Positions 10,304-20,479 of a stretch of 32,000 nucleotides of DNA are shown in pieces (positions within the stretch are counted from its first letter, which is position 1; each line of letters begins with the position of its first letter). The translations under genes were made by a program, and so were the position numbers. The notes under the pieces were generated by a model. The model was not told the origin of the DNA and did not search any database. It saw only the letters and a list, made by a program, of their open reading frames with translations. The DNA is from Mycobacterium tuberculosis H37Rv (GTDB lineage Bacteria; Actinomycetota; Actinomycetes; Mycobacteriales; Mycobacteriaceae): assembly GCF_000195955.2 (NCBI RefSeq), contig NC_000962.3, positions 1,290,001 to 1,322,000 of the forward strand, in the 5' to 3' direction.

Positions 10304-11215
10304 ATGTCTGAGACGCCGCGGCTGCTGTTTGTTCATGCACACCCCGACGATGAGAGCCTGAGCAACGGCGCAACCATCGCGCACTACACCTCCCGTGGCG
10401 CACAGGTCCATGTCGTCACGTGCACCCTGGGTGAGGAGGGCGAGGTCATTGGCGATCGCTGGGCTCAACTCACCGCCGATCATGCGGACCAACTCGGTGG
10501 CTACCGCATCGGCGAGCTCACCGCGGCGTTGCGAGCGCTCGGGGTCAGCGCACCGATCTACCTTGGCGGCGCGGGTCGCTGGCGCGACTCCGGCATGGCC
10601 GGCACAGACCAGCGGAGTCAGCGGAGATTCGTCGATGCTGACCCCCGGCAGACCGTCGGGGCATTGGTCGCGATCATTCGCGAGCTGCGGCCGCATGTCG
10701 TGGTGACCTATGACCCCAATGGCGGTTACGGTCATCCTGACCACGTGCACACCCACACCGTCACTACCGCCGCGGTGGCCGCAGCGGGTGTTGGGTCCGG
10801 TACCGCAGATCACCCCGGCGACCCGTGGACGGTGCCGAAGTTCTACTGGACGGTCTTGGGTCTGAGCGCGCTCATTTCGGGCGCGCGAGCCCTGGTCCCC
10901 GACGATCTGCGACCCGAATGGGTGTTGCCGCGGGCCGACGAGATTGCATTCGGGTACTCCGACGACGGTATCGACGCCGTCGTCGAGGCCGATGAGCAGG
11001 CGCGAGCCGCCAAGGTTGCGGCACTGGCTGCCCATGCCACCCAAGTTGTCGTCGGCCCGACCGGCCGGGCCGCCGCCTTGTCGAACAACCTGGCACTGCC
11101 CATCCTGGCCGATGAGCATTACGTGCTCGCCGGCGGCTCCGCGGGCGCCCGCGATGAACGTGGCTGGGAAACTGATCTGCTCGCCGGTCTGGGCTTCACC
11201 GCGTCCGGCACGTAG
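10304..11215 (+). CDS. mshB: GlcNAc-Ins deacetylase MshB (mycothiol biosynthesis, LmbE family)
   Basis: ORF 10304..11215. LmbE zinc-hydrolase motifs VHAHPDDES and [11 protein letters not shown] are present. The full-length protein matches my recollection of MshB. Confidence 0.9.
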   Translation: MSETPRLLFVHAHPDDESLSNGATIAHYTSRGAQVHVVTCTLGEEGEVIGDRWAQLTADHADQLGGYRIGELTAALRALGVSAPIYLGGAGRWRDSGMAGTDQRSQRRFVDADPRQTVGALVAIIRELRPHVVVTYDPNGGYGHPDHVHTHTVTTAAVAAAGVGSGTADHPGDPWTVPKFYWTVLGLSALISGARALVPDDLRPEWVLPRADEIAFGYSDDGIDAVVEADEQARAAKVAALAAHATQVVVGPTGRAAALSNNLALPILADEHYVLAGGSAGARDERGWETDLLAGLGFTASGT

Positions 11216-11306
11216 GCTGCCAACCAGGCAGCCACGGAAGGAACCCCATGGACCCCGACCTGGACCCTAACCTGCAGCATTGGCAGGACCGACTCGACAG
11301 CCTGCA

Positions 11307-11747
11307 GTGGGTCATCGGGTCGATACTCTCTCAGATCGACAGCGTGCCAACCTGACCACCGGCGCGACAGATCGAGCAATCCGTTTGGTTGTCCTGGCCC
11401 TGTTGACTGTCGACGGGGTCGTGTCTGCGCTTGCCGGGGCTCTGCTGATGCCCTGGTATATCGGCTCGGCTCCGTTTCCGATCAGTGCCTTGATCAGTGG
11501 ATTGGTCAATGCTGCGCTGGTGTGGGCCGCAGCGCGATGGACCACATCGTCGCGGGTGGCCGCGCTGCCCCTGTGGGCGTGGCTACTGACGGTAGCGGCG
11601 ATGAGCTTCGGCGGCCCTGGCGACGATGTCATTCTGGGTGGCCAGGGCCTGCTGGTCTACGGCGCGCTGGTGTTCGTCGTGGCAGGGGCCGTGCCACCGG
11701 CGTGGGTGCTGTGGCGGCGCAGGGTCCAAGCTGACGGATCTGGCTAG
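11307..11747 (+). CDS. Small conserved integral membrane protein (Rv1171-like), function unknown
   Basis: ORF 11280..11747 has about four hydrophobic helices (LVVLALLTVDGVVSALAGALL, ISALISGLVNAALVWAAA, LPLWAWLLTVAAM, LLVYGALVFVVAGAV). The start is ambiguous: TTG 11280 or GTG 11307, neither with a clear SD. Confidence 0.6.
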   Translation: MGHRVDTLSDRQRANLTTGATDRAIRLVVLALLTVDGVVSALAGALLMPWYIGSAPFPISALISGLVNAALVWAAARWTTSSRVAALPLWAWLLTVAAMSFGGPGDDVILGGQGLLVYGALVFVVAGAVPPAWVLWRRRVQADGSG

Positions 11748-11754
11748 TCCGAAG

Positions 11755-12681
11755 TTAGGGCAAAGACGGGAATCCCGGCGGGCTGATTGGCGGCAACGGC
11801 GGCAGGAAGCCGCGTATCCAGTTGATCTCGGTGTTGATGAATTGGTTGATCGATGCCGCGGTGGCCGTTTCGATATTGGTTAGTGCCTGGCTGAAAGTGA
11901 CTGTCCCGTCCACGAAGTCGATCGCATTGAACAGGACTGCCTGCACGATGGGCTCGCCGAGGTAATAGAAGAAGTTGATCTGCGGTGCCAGTATGCCGAT
12001 GTAGGGCAGCCATCCCACCGCCCATGCGGTGAGGTTGAAGCCGTACTGCACCCACGGTTCGACGGCGTTGTAGAGATTCTTGATTGCGTTGCCGATCGAC
12101 TCGGCGGCCAGAGCCGGCAGCGCCGCGGCGGCGGCCGCTCCGGCGCGCGGCAGCAGGGCGCCGACGGCGGACAAACCGCTGGCCCCACCGGTGGGTTGGA
12201 GCTGCAGTGCACCGCTGGCAGCGGCATTTGCAGCGGCGCTACCGCCAAGTGCACTGGAGCCGCCAGTGCCGAGGAACATGCTTTGGACCCGGCTCAGCGC
12301 GTTCGAGCCCCCACCCGTCGAGGCGTCGGCGCTAATCAGTGGATGCCCCAGCAACGCTCTTGCGGGCGCATTCACGGCGTTCACCATGGTCTGCGCGGCG
12401 CTGGCCTCGGCGGTTGCATACGCGTCTGCACTTGCTCTCAGCGCCTGCACGAACTGGTCGTGGAAGGCTGTCATCATCTGCCGGCTGAGCTGCTGATACC
12501 CCTGAGCATGCGCGGAAAGCAGCGCGGCGACCTGAGTCGAGACCTCGTCCGCGGCTGCGGCCAGGACTCCGGTGGTGGGAACCGCCGCAACCACATTGGC
12601 GGCGTTAAGAGTCGAACCGATACCGGCCATGTCCGCAGCGGCCGCCGCCAGTGCCTCTGGCGCCGCGAACACAAACGACAT
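11755..12681 (-). CDS. PE12: PE family protein with a non-PGRS C-terminal domain (PE12)
   Basis: ORF 11755..12681. The N-terminus MSFVFAAPEALAAAAADMAGIGSTL is a canonical PE domain. AGGAGAAGG lies 7 nt upstream on the minus strand. The C-terminal domain is aromatic-rich (WVQYGFNLTAWAVGWLPYIG). Confidence 0.88.
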   Translation of the reverse strand: MSFVFAAPEALAAAAADMAGIGSTLNAANVVAAVPTTGVLAAAADEVSTQVAALLSAHAQGYQQLSRQMMTAFHDQFVQALRASADAYATAEASAAQTMVNAVNAPARALLGHPLISADASTGGGSNALSRVQSMFLGTGGSSALGGSAAANAAASGALQLQPTGGASGLSAVGALLPRAGAAAAAALPALAAESIGNAIKNLYNAVEPWVQYGFNLTAWAVGWLPYIGILAPQINFFYYLGEPIVQAVLFNAIDFVDGTVTFSQALTNIETATAASINQFINTEINWIRGFLPPLPPISPPGFPSLP

Positions 12682-12930
12682 CTCGTACCTTCTCCTGGTT
12701 CACCACGCGGCGGCTGTCGCCGGGGGCTTGTTCAGACGCTGGCCTCTCACGGATGGTATCGCGATCGGCTGTGACCTGCGCCTTACTCCACCAAACCGTT
12801 GGTGCCGGACGGTCGACGGCGTGCCGAGCTCGGCCTGGCGCTACTGTTGCGCTTATGGCGCCAAGGTTGGCCAGCATCTCACCTGGTGGGGCGTGCGGAT
12901 GATATCAGATTGCAGGGAAGGTATACCAAC

Positions 12931-15501
12931 GTGCCGCAGCCTGTAGGTCGGAAGTCCACCGCTCTGCCGAGTCCCGTTGTACCGCCCCAGGCAAATGCCT
13001 CAGCGTTGCGGCGGGTACTGCGACGGGCCCGAGATGGTGTCACGCTGAACGTGGATGAGGCGGCCATAGCGATGACCGCACGCGGTGACGAGCTGGCCGA
13101 CCTGTGCGCGAGCGCCGCGCGGGTGCGCGATGCGGGTCTCGTGTCGGCCGGCCGGCACGGGCCCAGCGGCAGGTTGGCGATCAGCTATTCGCGCAAGGTG
13201 TTTATCCCGGTCACCCGGTTATGCCGGGACAATTGCCACTATTGCACGTTCGTCACCGTGCCGGGCAAGCTACGCGCCCAAGGTTCCAGCACGTATATGG
13301 AACCCGACGAGATCCTCGACGTTGCCCGCCGAGGTGCCGAATTCGGTTGCAAGGAAGCGCTATTCACTCTCGGTGACCGTCCGGAGGCGCGTTGGCGCCA
13401 GGCACGCGAATGGCTCGGCGAACGGGGCTATGACTCCACGTTGTCCTACGTGCGCGCGATGGCAATCCGTGTGCTGGAGCAAACCGGGCTGTTGCCGCAC
13501 CTGAACCCGGGTGTGATGAGCTGGTCGGAGATGTCGCGGCTCAAACCGGTGGCGCCGTCGATGGGCATGATGCTGGAGACGACCTCGCGACGGCTGTTCG
13601 AAACCAAGGGGCTCGCCCACTACGGCAGCCCTGACAAAGACCCGGCGGTGCGGCTGCGTGTCCTGACCGACGCCGGCCGGTTGTCCATTCCGTTTACCAC
13701 CGGTCTGTTGGTCGGCATCGGCGAGACGCTATCCGAGCGCGCCGATACGTTACATGCGATTCGCAAGTCGCACAAGGAGTTCGGGCATATCCAAGAAGTG
13801 ATCGTGCAGAACTTCCGCGCCAAGGAACACACCGCGATGGCCGCCTTCCCCGATGCCGGAATCGAGGATTACCTGGCGACGGTTGCGGTGGCGCGGCTGG
13901 TGCTGGGCCCGGGCATGCGCATCCAGGCGCCGCCGAACCTGGTGTCTGGCGACGAATGCCGGGCGCTGGTTGGCGCCGGGGTCGACGACTGGGGCGGTGT
14001 CTCACCGTTGACGCCCGACCATGTCAACCCCGAACGGCCCTGGCCCGCTTTGGACGAGCTGGCGGCGGTCACCGCCGAAGCCGGCTACGACATGGTGCAG
14101 CGGCTGACCGCGCAACCCAAATACGTACAGGCGGGCGCGGCGTGGATCGACCCGCGGGTGCGGGGACATGTGGTGGCGCTGGCGGATCCGGCGACCGGCC
14201 TGGCCCGCGACGTCAACCCGGTGGGCATGCCGTGGCAGGAGCCCGACGACGTGGCGTCCTGGGGCCGGGTCGATCTGGGCGCAGCGATCGACACTCAGGG
14301 CCGCAATACCGCAGTGCGCAGCGACCTGGCCAGCGCCTTCGGTGACTGGGAATCGATCCGCGAGCAGGTGCACGAGCTGGCGGTCCGCGCTCCGGAACGC
14401 ATTGACACCGATGTGCTTGCCGCCCTGCGATCGGCGGAGCGTGCGCCCGCCGGCTGCACCGACGGCGAGTATCTGGCGCTTGCCACCGCCGACGGTCCTG
14501 CGCTGGAAGCCGTTGCCGCACTGGCTGATTCGTTGCGCCGCGATGTCGTCGGCGACGAGGTGACCTTTGTGGTCAACCGTAACATCAACTTCACCAACAT
14601 CTGCTACACCGGTTGCCGGTTCTGCGCGTTCGCCCAGCGAAAGGGTGACGCCGACGCCTACTCGCTGTCGGTCGGAGAGGTCGCCGACCGGGCATGGGAG
14701 GCCCACGTCGCCGGGGCCACCGAAGTATGCATGCAGGGCGGTATCGATCCCGAGCTACCGGTCACCGGCTACGCCGATCTGGTTCGTGCCGTCAAGGCGC
14801 GGGTGCCCTCCATGCATGTGCACGCGTTTTCCCCGATGGAGATCGCCAACGGCGTCACCAAGAGCGGGCTGAGCATTCGCGAGTGGCTGATCGGCCTGCG
14901 CGAGGCCGGGCTGGATACCATCCCGGGTACCGCCGCGGAAATCCTGGACGACGAGGTTCGCTGGGTGCTGACCAAGGGCAAGCTGCCGACGTCATTGTGG
15001 ATCGAAATCGTGACGACCGCCCACGAGGTGGGTCTGCGGTCATCATCGACGATGATGTACGGGCATGTGGACAGTCCACGGCACTGGGTCGCCCATCTTA
15101 ACGTGCTGCGCGATATTCAGGACCGTACCGGCGGCTTCACCGAGTTCGTCCCGTTGCCGTTCGTGCACCAGAATTCACCGTTGTACCTGGCCGGTGCGGC
15201 GCGCCCCGGGCCCAGCCATCGCGACAACCGCGCGGTACATGCTTTGGCGCGGATCATGTTGCACGGCCGCATCTCGCACATTCAGACCAGCTGGGTGAAA
15301 CTTGGAGTGCGGCGCACCCAGGTGATGCTCGAAGGTGGCGCCAACGACCTGGGCGGCACGCTGATGGAGGAGACCATCTCGCGGATGGCCGGTTCCGAAC
15401 ACGGATCGGCCAAGACCGTCGCTGAGCTGGTCGCGATCGCCGAAGGCATCGGCCGCCCGGCGCGCCAGCGCACTACCACATACGCCCTGCTTGCGGCCTA
15501 G
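12931..15501 (+). CDS. fbiC: FO (7,8-didemethyl-8-hydroxy-5-deazariboflavin) synthase FbiC, fused CofG+CofH radical-SAM domains (F420 biosynthesis)
   Basis: Within ORF 12799..15501, GTG 12931 is preceded by GGAAGG at about 12916-12921. There are two radical-SAM CxxxCxxC motifs: CRDNCHYC (13222-13245) and CYTGCRFC (14602-14625). The stop TAG 15499-15501 lies inside the first repeat unit downstream. Confidence 0.92.
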   Translation: MPQPVGRKSTALPSPVVPPQANASALRRVLRRARDGVTLNVDEAAIAMTARGDELADLCASAARVRDAGLVSAGRHGPSGRLAISYSRKVFIPVTRLCRDNCHYCTFVTVPGKLRAQGSSTYMEPDEILDVARRGAEFGCKEALFTLGDRPEARWRQAREWLGERGYDSTLSYVRAMAIRVLEQTGLLPHLNPGVMSWSEMSRLKPVAPSMGMMLETTSRRLFETKGLAHYGSPDKDPAVRLRVLTDAGRLSIPFTTGLLVGIGETLSERADTLHAIRKSHKEFGHIQEVIVQNFRAKEHTAMAAFPDAGIEDYLATVAVARLVLGPGMRIQAPPNLVSGDECRALVGAGVDDWGGVSPLTPDHVNPERPWPALDELAAVTAEAGYDMVQRLTAQPKYVQAGAAWIDPRVRGHVVALADPATGLARDVNPVGMPWQEPDDVASWGRVDLGAAIDTQGRNTAVRSDLASAFGDWESIREQVHELAVRAPERIDTDVLAALRSAERAPAGCTDGEYLALATADGPALEAVAALADSLRRDVVGDEVTFVVNRNINFTNICYTGCRFCAFAQRKGDADAYSLSVGEVADRAWEAHVAGATEVCMQGGIDPELPVTGYADLVRAVKARVPSMHVHAFSPMEIANGVTKSGLSIREWLIGLREAGLDTIPGTAAEILDDEVRWVLTKGKLPTSLWIEIVTTAHEVGLRSSSTMMYGHVDSPRHWVAHLNVLRDIQDRTGGFTEFVPLPFVHQNSPLYLAGAARPGPSHRDNRAVHALARIMLHGRISHIQTSWVKLGVRRTQVMLEGGANDLGGTLMEETISRMAGSEHGSAKTVAELVAIAEGIGRPARQRTTTYALLAA

Positions 15502-15660
15502 CCCCGGCGACGATGCCGGGTCGCGGGATGCGGCCCGTTGAGGAGCGGGGCAATCTGGCCTAGCCCCGGCGACGATGCCGGGTCGCGGGATGCGGCCCGT
15601 TGAGGAGCGGGGCAATCTGGCCTAGCCCCGGCGACGATGCCGGGTCGCGGGATGGGGCCC
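15497..15660. repeat. MIRU-type tandem repeat, 62-bp unit, about 2.6 copies
   Basis: The unit cctagccccggcgacgatgccgggtcgcgggatgcggcccgttgaggagcggggcaatctgg starts at 15497, 15559 and 15621. The third copy is truncated after about 40 nt and has one C->G change. The repeat lies in the 167-bp gap between the convergent fbiC and TB8.4 genes. Confidence 0.92.
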
Positions 15661-15668
15661 GCATGGGC

Positions 15669-16001
15669 TTAATAGTTGTTGCAGGAGCCGGCAACCGACT
15701 CGACAAGGCCGATGTACTGTGCCGCCCCCGGCACAGCTTGCAATTGCGCGGCCATGGCAGCGCGCTGAGGTGGCGGTGCGGCGAGGAAATTGCGCAAATA
15801 GGACTGCGCCACCGGTGAGGCGTTGAACTGTGCGGCAGCCCCCGGATCCGTCGCGTTGAGCGCAGCTACTACCTGCCCGTAATTGCAGGTGGTGTTAATG
15901 ACCGCGTCCACGGGATCTGCGGAGGCGACCCCGGCCCCGACGGTCAACGACATTGCCACGGCGCCTACACCGGCGCTCAATGCGGTCAACGACAGCCTCA
16001 T
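15669..16001 (-). CDS. TB8.4: Small secreted protein TB8.4 (low-molecular-weight T-cell antigen; Rv0203/Rv1174c hemophore-related family)
   Basis: ORF 15669..16001. A Sec signal peptide MRLSLTALSAGVGAVAMSLTVGAGVASA is present, and the mature part of about 80 aa has two Cys residues (TTCNYGQ ... AGSCNNY). The family assignment is from memory. Confidence 0.85.
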   Translation of the reverse strand: MRLSLTALSAGVGAVAMSLTVGAGVASADPVDAVINTTCNYGQVVAALNATDPGAAAQFNASPVAQSYLRNFLAAPPPQRAAMAAQLQAVPGAAQYIGLVESVAGSCNNY

Positions 16002-16201
16002 TTATGGACACCTTCCCCAAACTATTGCACCGTCGTTAAGACGGCGACGACATCTGCCCAGCGGTTGCCGTCTGCGGTCGAGGGTACCAGGCGCCGTGGG
16101 CTTGCTTCTCTCAAACTGGTTATCGGGCGACACTGCGCGGCCATACCAATCTGCAGGTCAGCAGCGATGAAACAACGTTGTTTACAGCCCGAGAAATGAG
16201 T

Positions 16202-18792
<2,591 letters not shown>

Positions 18793-18798
18793 CCGGGC

Positions 18799-18804
18799 AG
18801 CATA
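18799..18804 (-). promoter_or_regulatory. Candidate -10 hexamer (TATGCT on minus strand) for a leaderless PadR-fadH transcript
   Basis: The minus strand reads TATGCT-gcccgg-ATG(18792): TANNNT plus a 6-nt spacer, with no SD. Confidence 0.35.
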
Positions 18805-19004
18805 GACGGCAAGCCGGATTGCTATGCAACTAGGTGCATATTGACCGTGTACGCCGACGCATGTGCCAAGTGGTCGACGTGTATGTGCAACGTCTAGTAT
18901 CAGTAACCGAACGCATTGCCTCAGCAGGGCCCGGAGGAAGCCTTGGCGAGGTGGACAGCAGCCCACACATAGCGGTATCTGGAAGACATGTTGAGGAGAC
19001 GTCC

Positions 19005-19331
19005 GTGACGTACACGATCGCCGAACCCTGTGTCGACATCAAGGACAAGGCATGCATTGAGGAGTGCCCGGTCGATTGCATCTACGAGGGCGCCCGGATG
19101 CTGTATATCCACCCCGACGAATGCGTCGACTGTGGGGCTTGCGAGCCGGTCTGCCCCGTTGAAGCTATCTTCTACGAAGACGATGTGCCCGAACAGTGGA
19201 GCCATTACACCCAGATCAACGCCGATTTCTTCGCCGAGCTGGGATCGCCGGGCGGTGCGGCCAAGGTTGGCATGACCGAGAACGACCCGCAAGCGGTCAA
19301 GGATCTGGCGCCGCAGAGCGAGGACGCCTGA
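19005..19331 (+). CDS. fdxC: 7Fe-type ferredoxin FdxC
   Basis: Within ORF 18834..19331, GTG 19005 is preceded by GAGGAG (18994-18999). The N-terminus is VTYTIAEPCVDIKDKACIEECPVDC, followed by CVDCGACEPVCP, giving the [3Fe-4S]+[4Fe-4S] ferredoxin pattern. Confidence 0.9.
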   Translation: MTYTIAEPCVDIKDKACIEECPVDCIYEGARMLYIHPDECVDCGACEPVCPVEAIFYEDDVPEQWSHYTQINADFFAELGSPGGAAKVGMTENDPQAVKDLAPQSEDA

Positions 19332-19363
19332 GCCGGCTGGGGGCAGCACCCGCTCGCGGCGGA

Positions 19364-20452
19364 GTGTCGGCGTCTCTGCCCGTCTTCCCCTGGGACACCT
19401 TGGCCGACGCGAAAGCGCTGGCCGGGGCCCATCCGGATGGCATCGTCGACCTCTCCGTCGGCACTCCGGTCGACCCGGTCGCACCGCTGATCCAGGAGGC
19501 GCTGGCGGCGGCCAGTGCCGCCCCTGGCTATCCGGCGACCGCCGGCACCGCACGGTTACGTGAGTCTGTGGTGGCAGCGCTGGCTCGCCGCTACGGCATC
19601 ACCAGGCTGACCGAGGCGGCCGTGTTGCCGGTTATCGGCACCAAGGAACTCATCGCCTGGTTGCCGACGTTGTTGGGCCTGGGCGGTGCGGATCTGGTCG
19701 TCGTGCCCGAATTGGCATATCCGACTTATGACGTCGGCGCCCGCCTGGCCGGAACGCGGGTGCTGCGTGCGGATGCGCTGACCCAGCTGGGTCCGCAATC
19801 CCCGGCACTGCTCTACCTGAACTCGCCGAGCAACCCGACCGGACGGGTGCTGGGTGTCGACCATTTGCGCAAGGTGGTCGAGTGGGCCCGGGGCAGAGGC
19901 GTTCTCGTGGTTTCCGACGAGTGCTACCTGGGATTGGGCTGGGACGCCGAACCGGTTTCGGTGCTACATCCCTCGGTGTGCGACGGCGACCACACCGGGT
20001 TGCTGGCTGTGCACTCACTATCGAAGAGCTCATCGCTCGCCGGCTACCGAGCGGGTTTCGTCGTCGGTGACCTCGAGATCGTTGCCGAGCTACTAGCGGT
20101 GCGCAAACACGCCGGGATGATGGTGCCGGCGCCGGTACAGGCGGCTATGGTGGCCGCGCTGGACGACGACGCGCACGAAAGGCAACAGCGGGAGCGCTAC
20201 GCACAACGGCGTGCCGCGCTGTTGCCGGCGCTGGGCTCCGCGGGTTTTGCGGTCGACTATTCGGACGCCGGATTGTATCTATGGGCCACTCGCGGCGAGC
20301 CGTGCCGCGACAGTGCCGCGTGGCTGGCGCAGCGGGGCATCCTGGTGGCACCGGGTGATTTCTACGGCCCGGGTGGGGCTCAGCACGTGCGGGTGGCGCT
20401 GACGGCCACCGACGAGCGGGTTGCGGCGGCGGTCGGACGGCTCACCTGTTAG
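19364..20452 (+). CDS. PLP-dependent class-I aminotransferase (succinyldiaminopimelate-aminotransferase-like, Rv1178-like)
   Basis: Within ORF 19196..20452, GTG 19364 is the first canonical start after the fdxC stop and gives VSASLPVFPWDTL. The PLP-lysine motif SLSKSSSLAGYRAG is present. The fdxC-aminotransferase pairing is conserved in actinobacteria (from memory). Confidence 0.85.
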   Translation: MSASLPVFPWDTLADAKALAGAHPDGIVDLSVGTPVDPVAPLIQEALAAASAAPGYPATAGTARLRESVVAALARRYGITRLTEAAVLPVIGTKELIAWLPTLLGLGGADLVVVPELAYPTYDVGARLAGTRVLRADALTQLGPQSPALLYLNSPSNPTGRVLGVDHLRKVVEWARGRGVLVVSDECYLGLGWDAEPVSVLHPSVCDGDHTGLLAVHSLSKSSSLAGYRAGFVVGDLEIVAELLAVRKHAGMMVPAPVQAAMVAALDDDAHERQQRERYAQRRAALLPALGSAGFAVDYSDAGLYLWATRGEPCRDSAAWLAQRGILVAPGDFYGPGGAQHVRVALTATDERVAAAVGRLTC

Positions 20453-20479
20453 CGCGAACAGACGCAACTTGCGGCCGGG

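Noticed and set aside
12799-12930. Upstream extension of the fbiC ORF (900-aa version)
   Set aside because: The extension is Arg/Leu/Gly-rich with no homology signal. GTG 12931 has a GGAAGG Shine-Dalgarno sequence at proper spacing.
15497-15660. Possible CRISPR array, because of the regularly spaced repeats
   Set aside because: The units are directly abutting 62-bp tandem copies with no unique spacers and no cas genes nearby. This is a MIRU/VNTR-type minisatellite.
16039-16073. Possible hairpin agacggc...gccgtct upstream of TB8.4
   Set aside because: It has only a 7-bp stem with a 21-nt loop. That is too weak and too common at this GC content to call.
18793-18966. N-terminal extension of the PadR ORF (247-aa version), and the 18834..19004 extension of fdxC
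   Set aside because: The family N-termini begin at ATG 18792 (PadR wHTH) and GTG 19005 (ferredoxin VTYTIAEPC, with a GAGGAG SD). The extensions overlap each other in the divergent promoter region.
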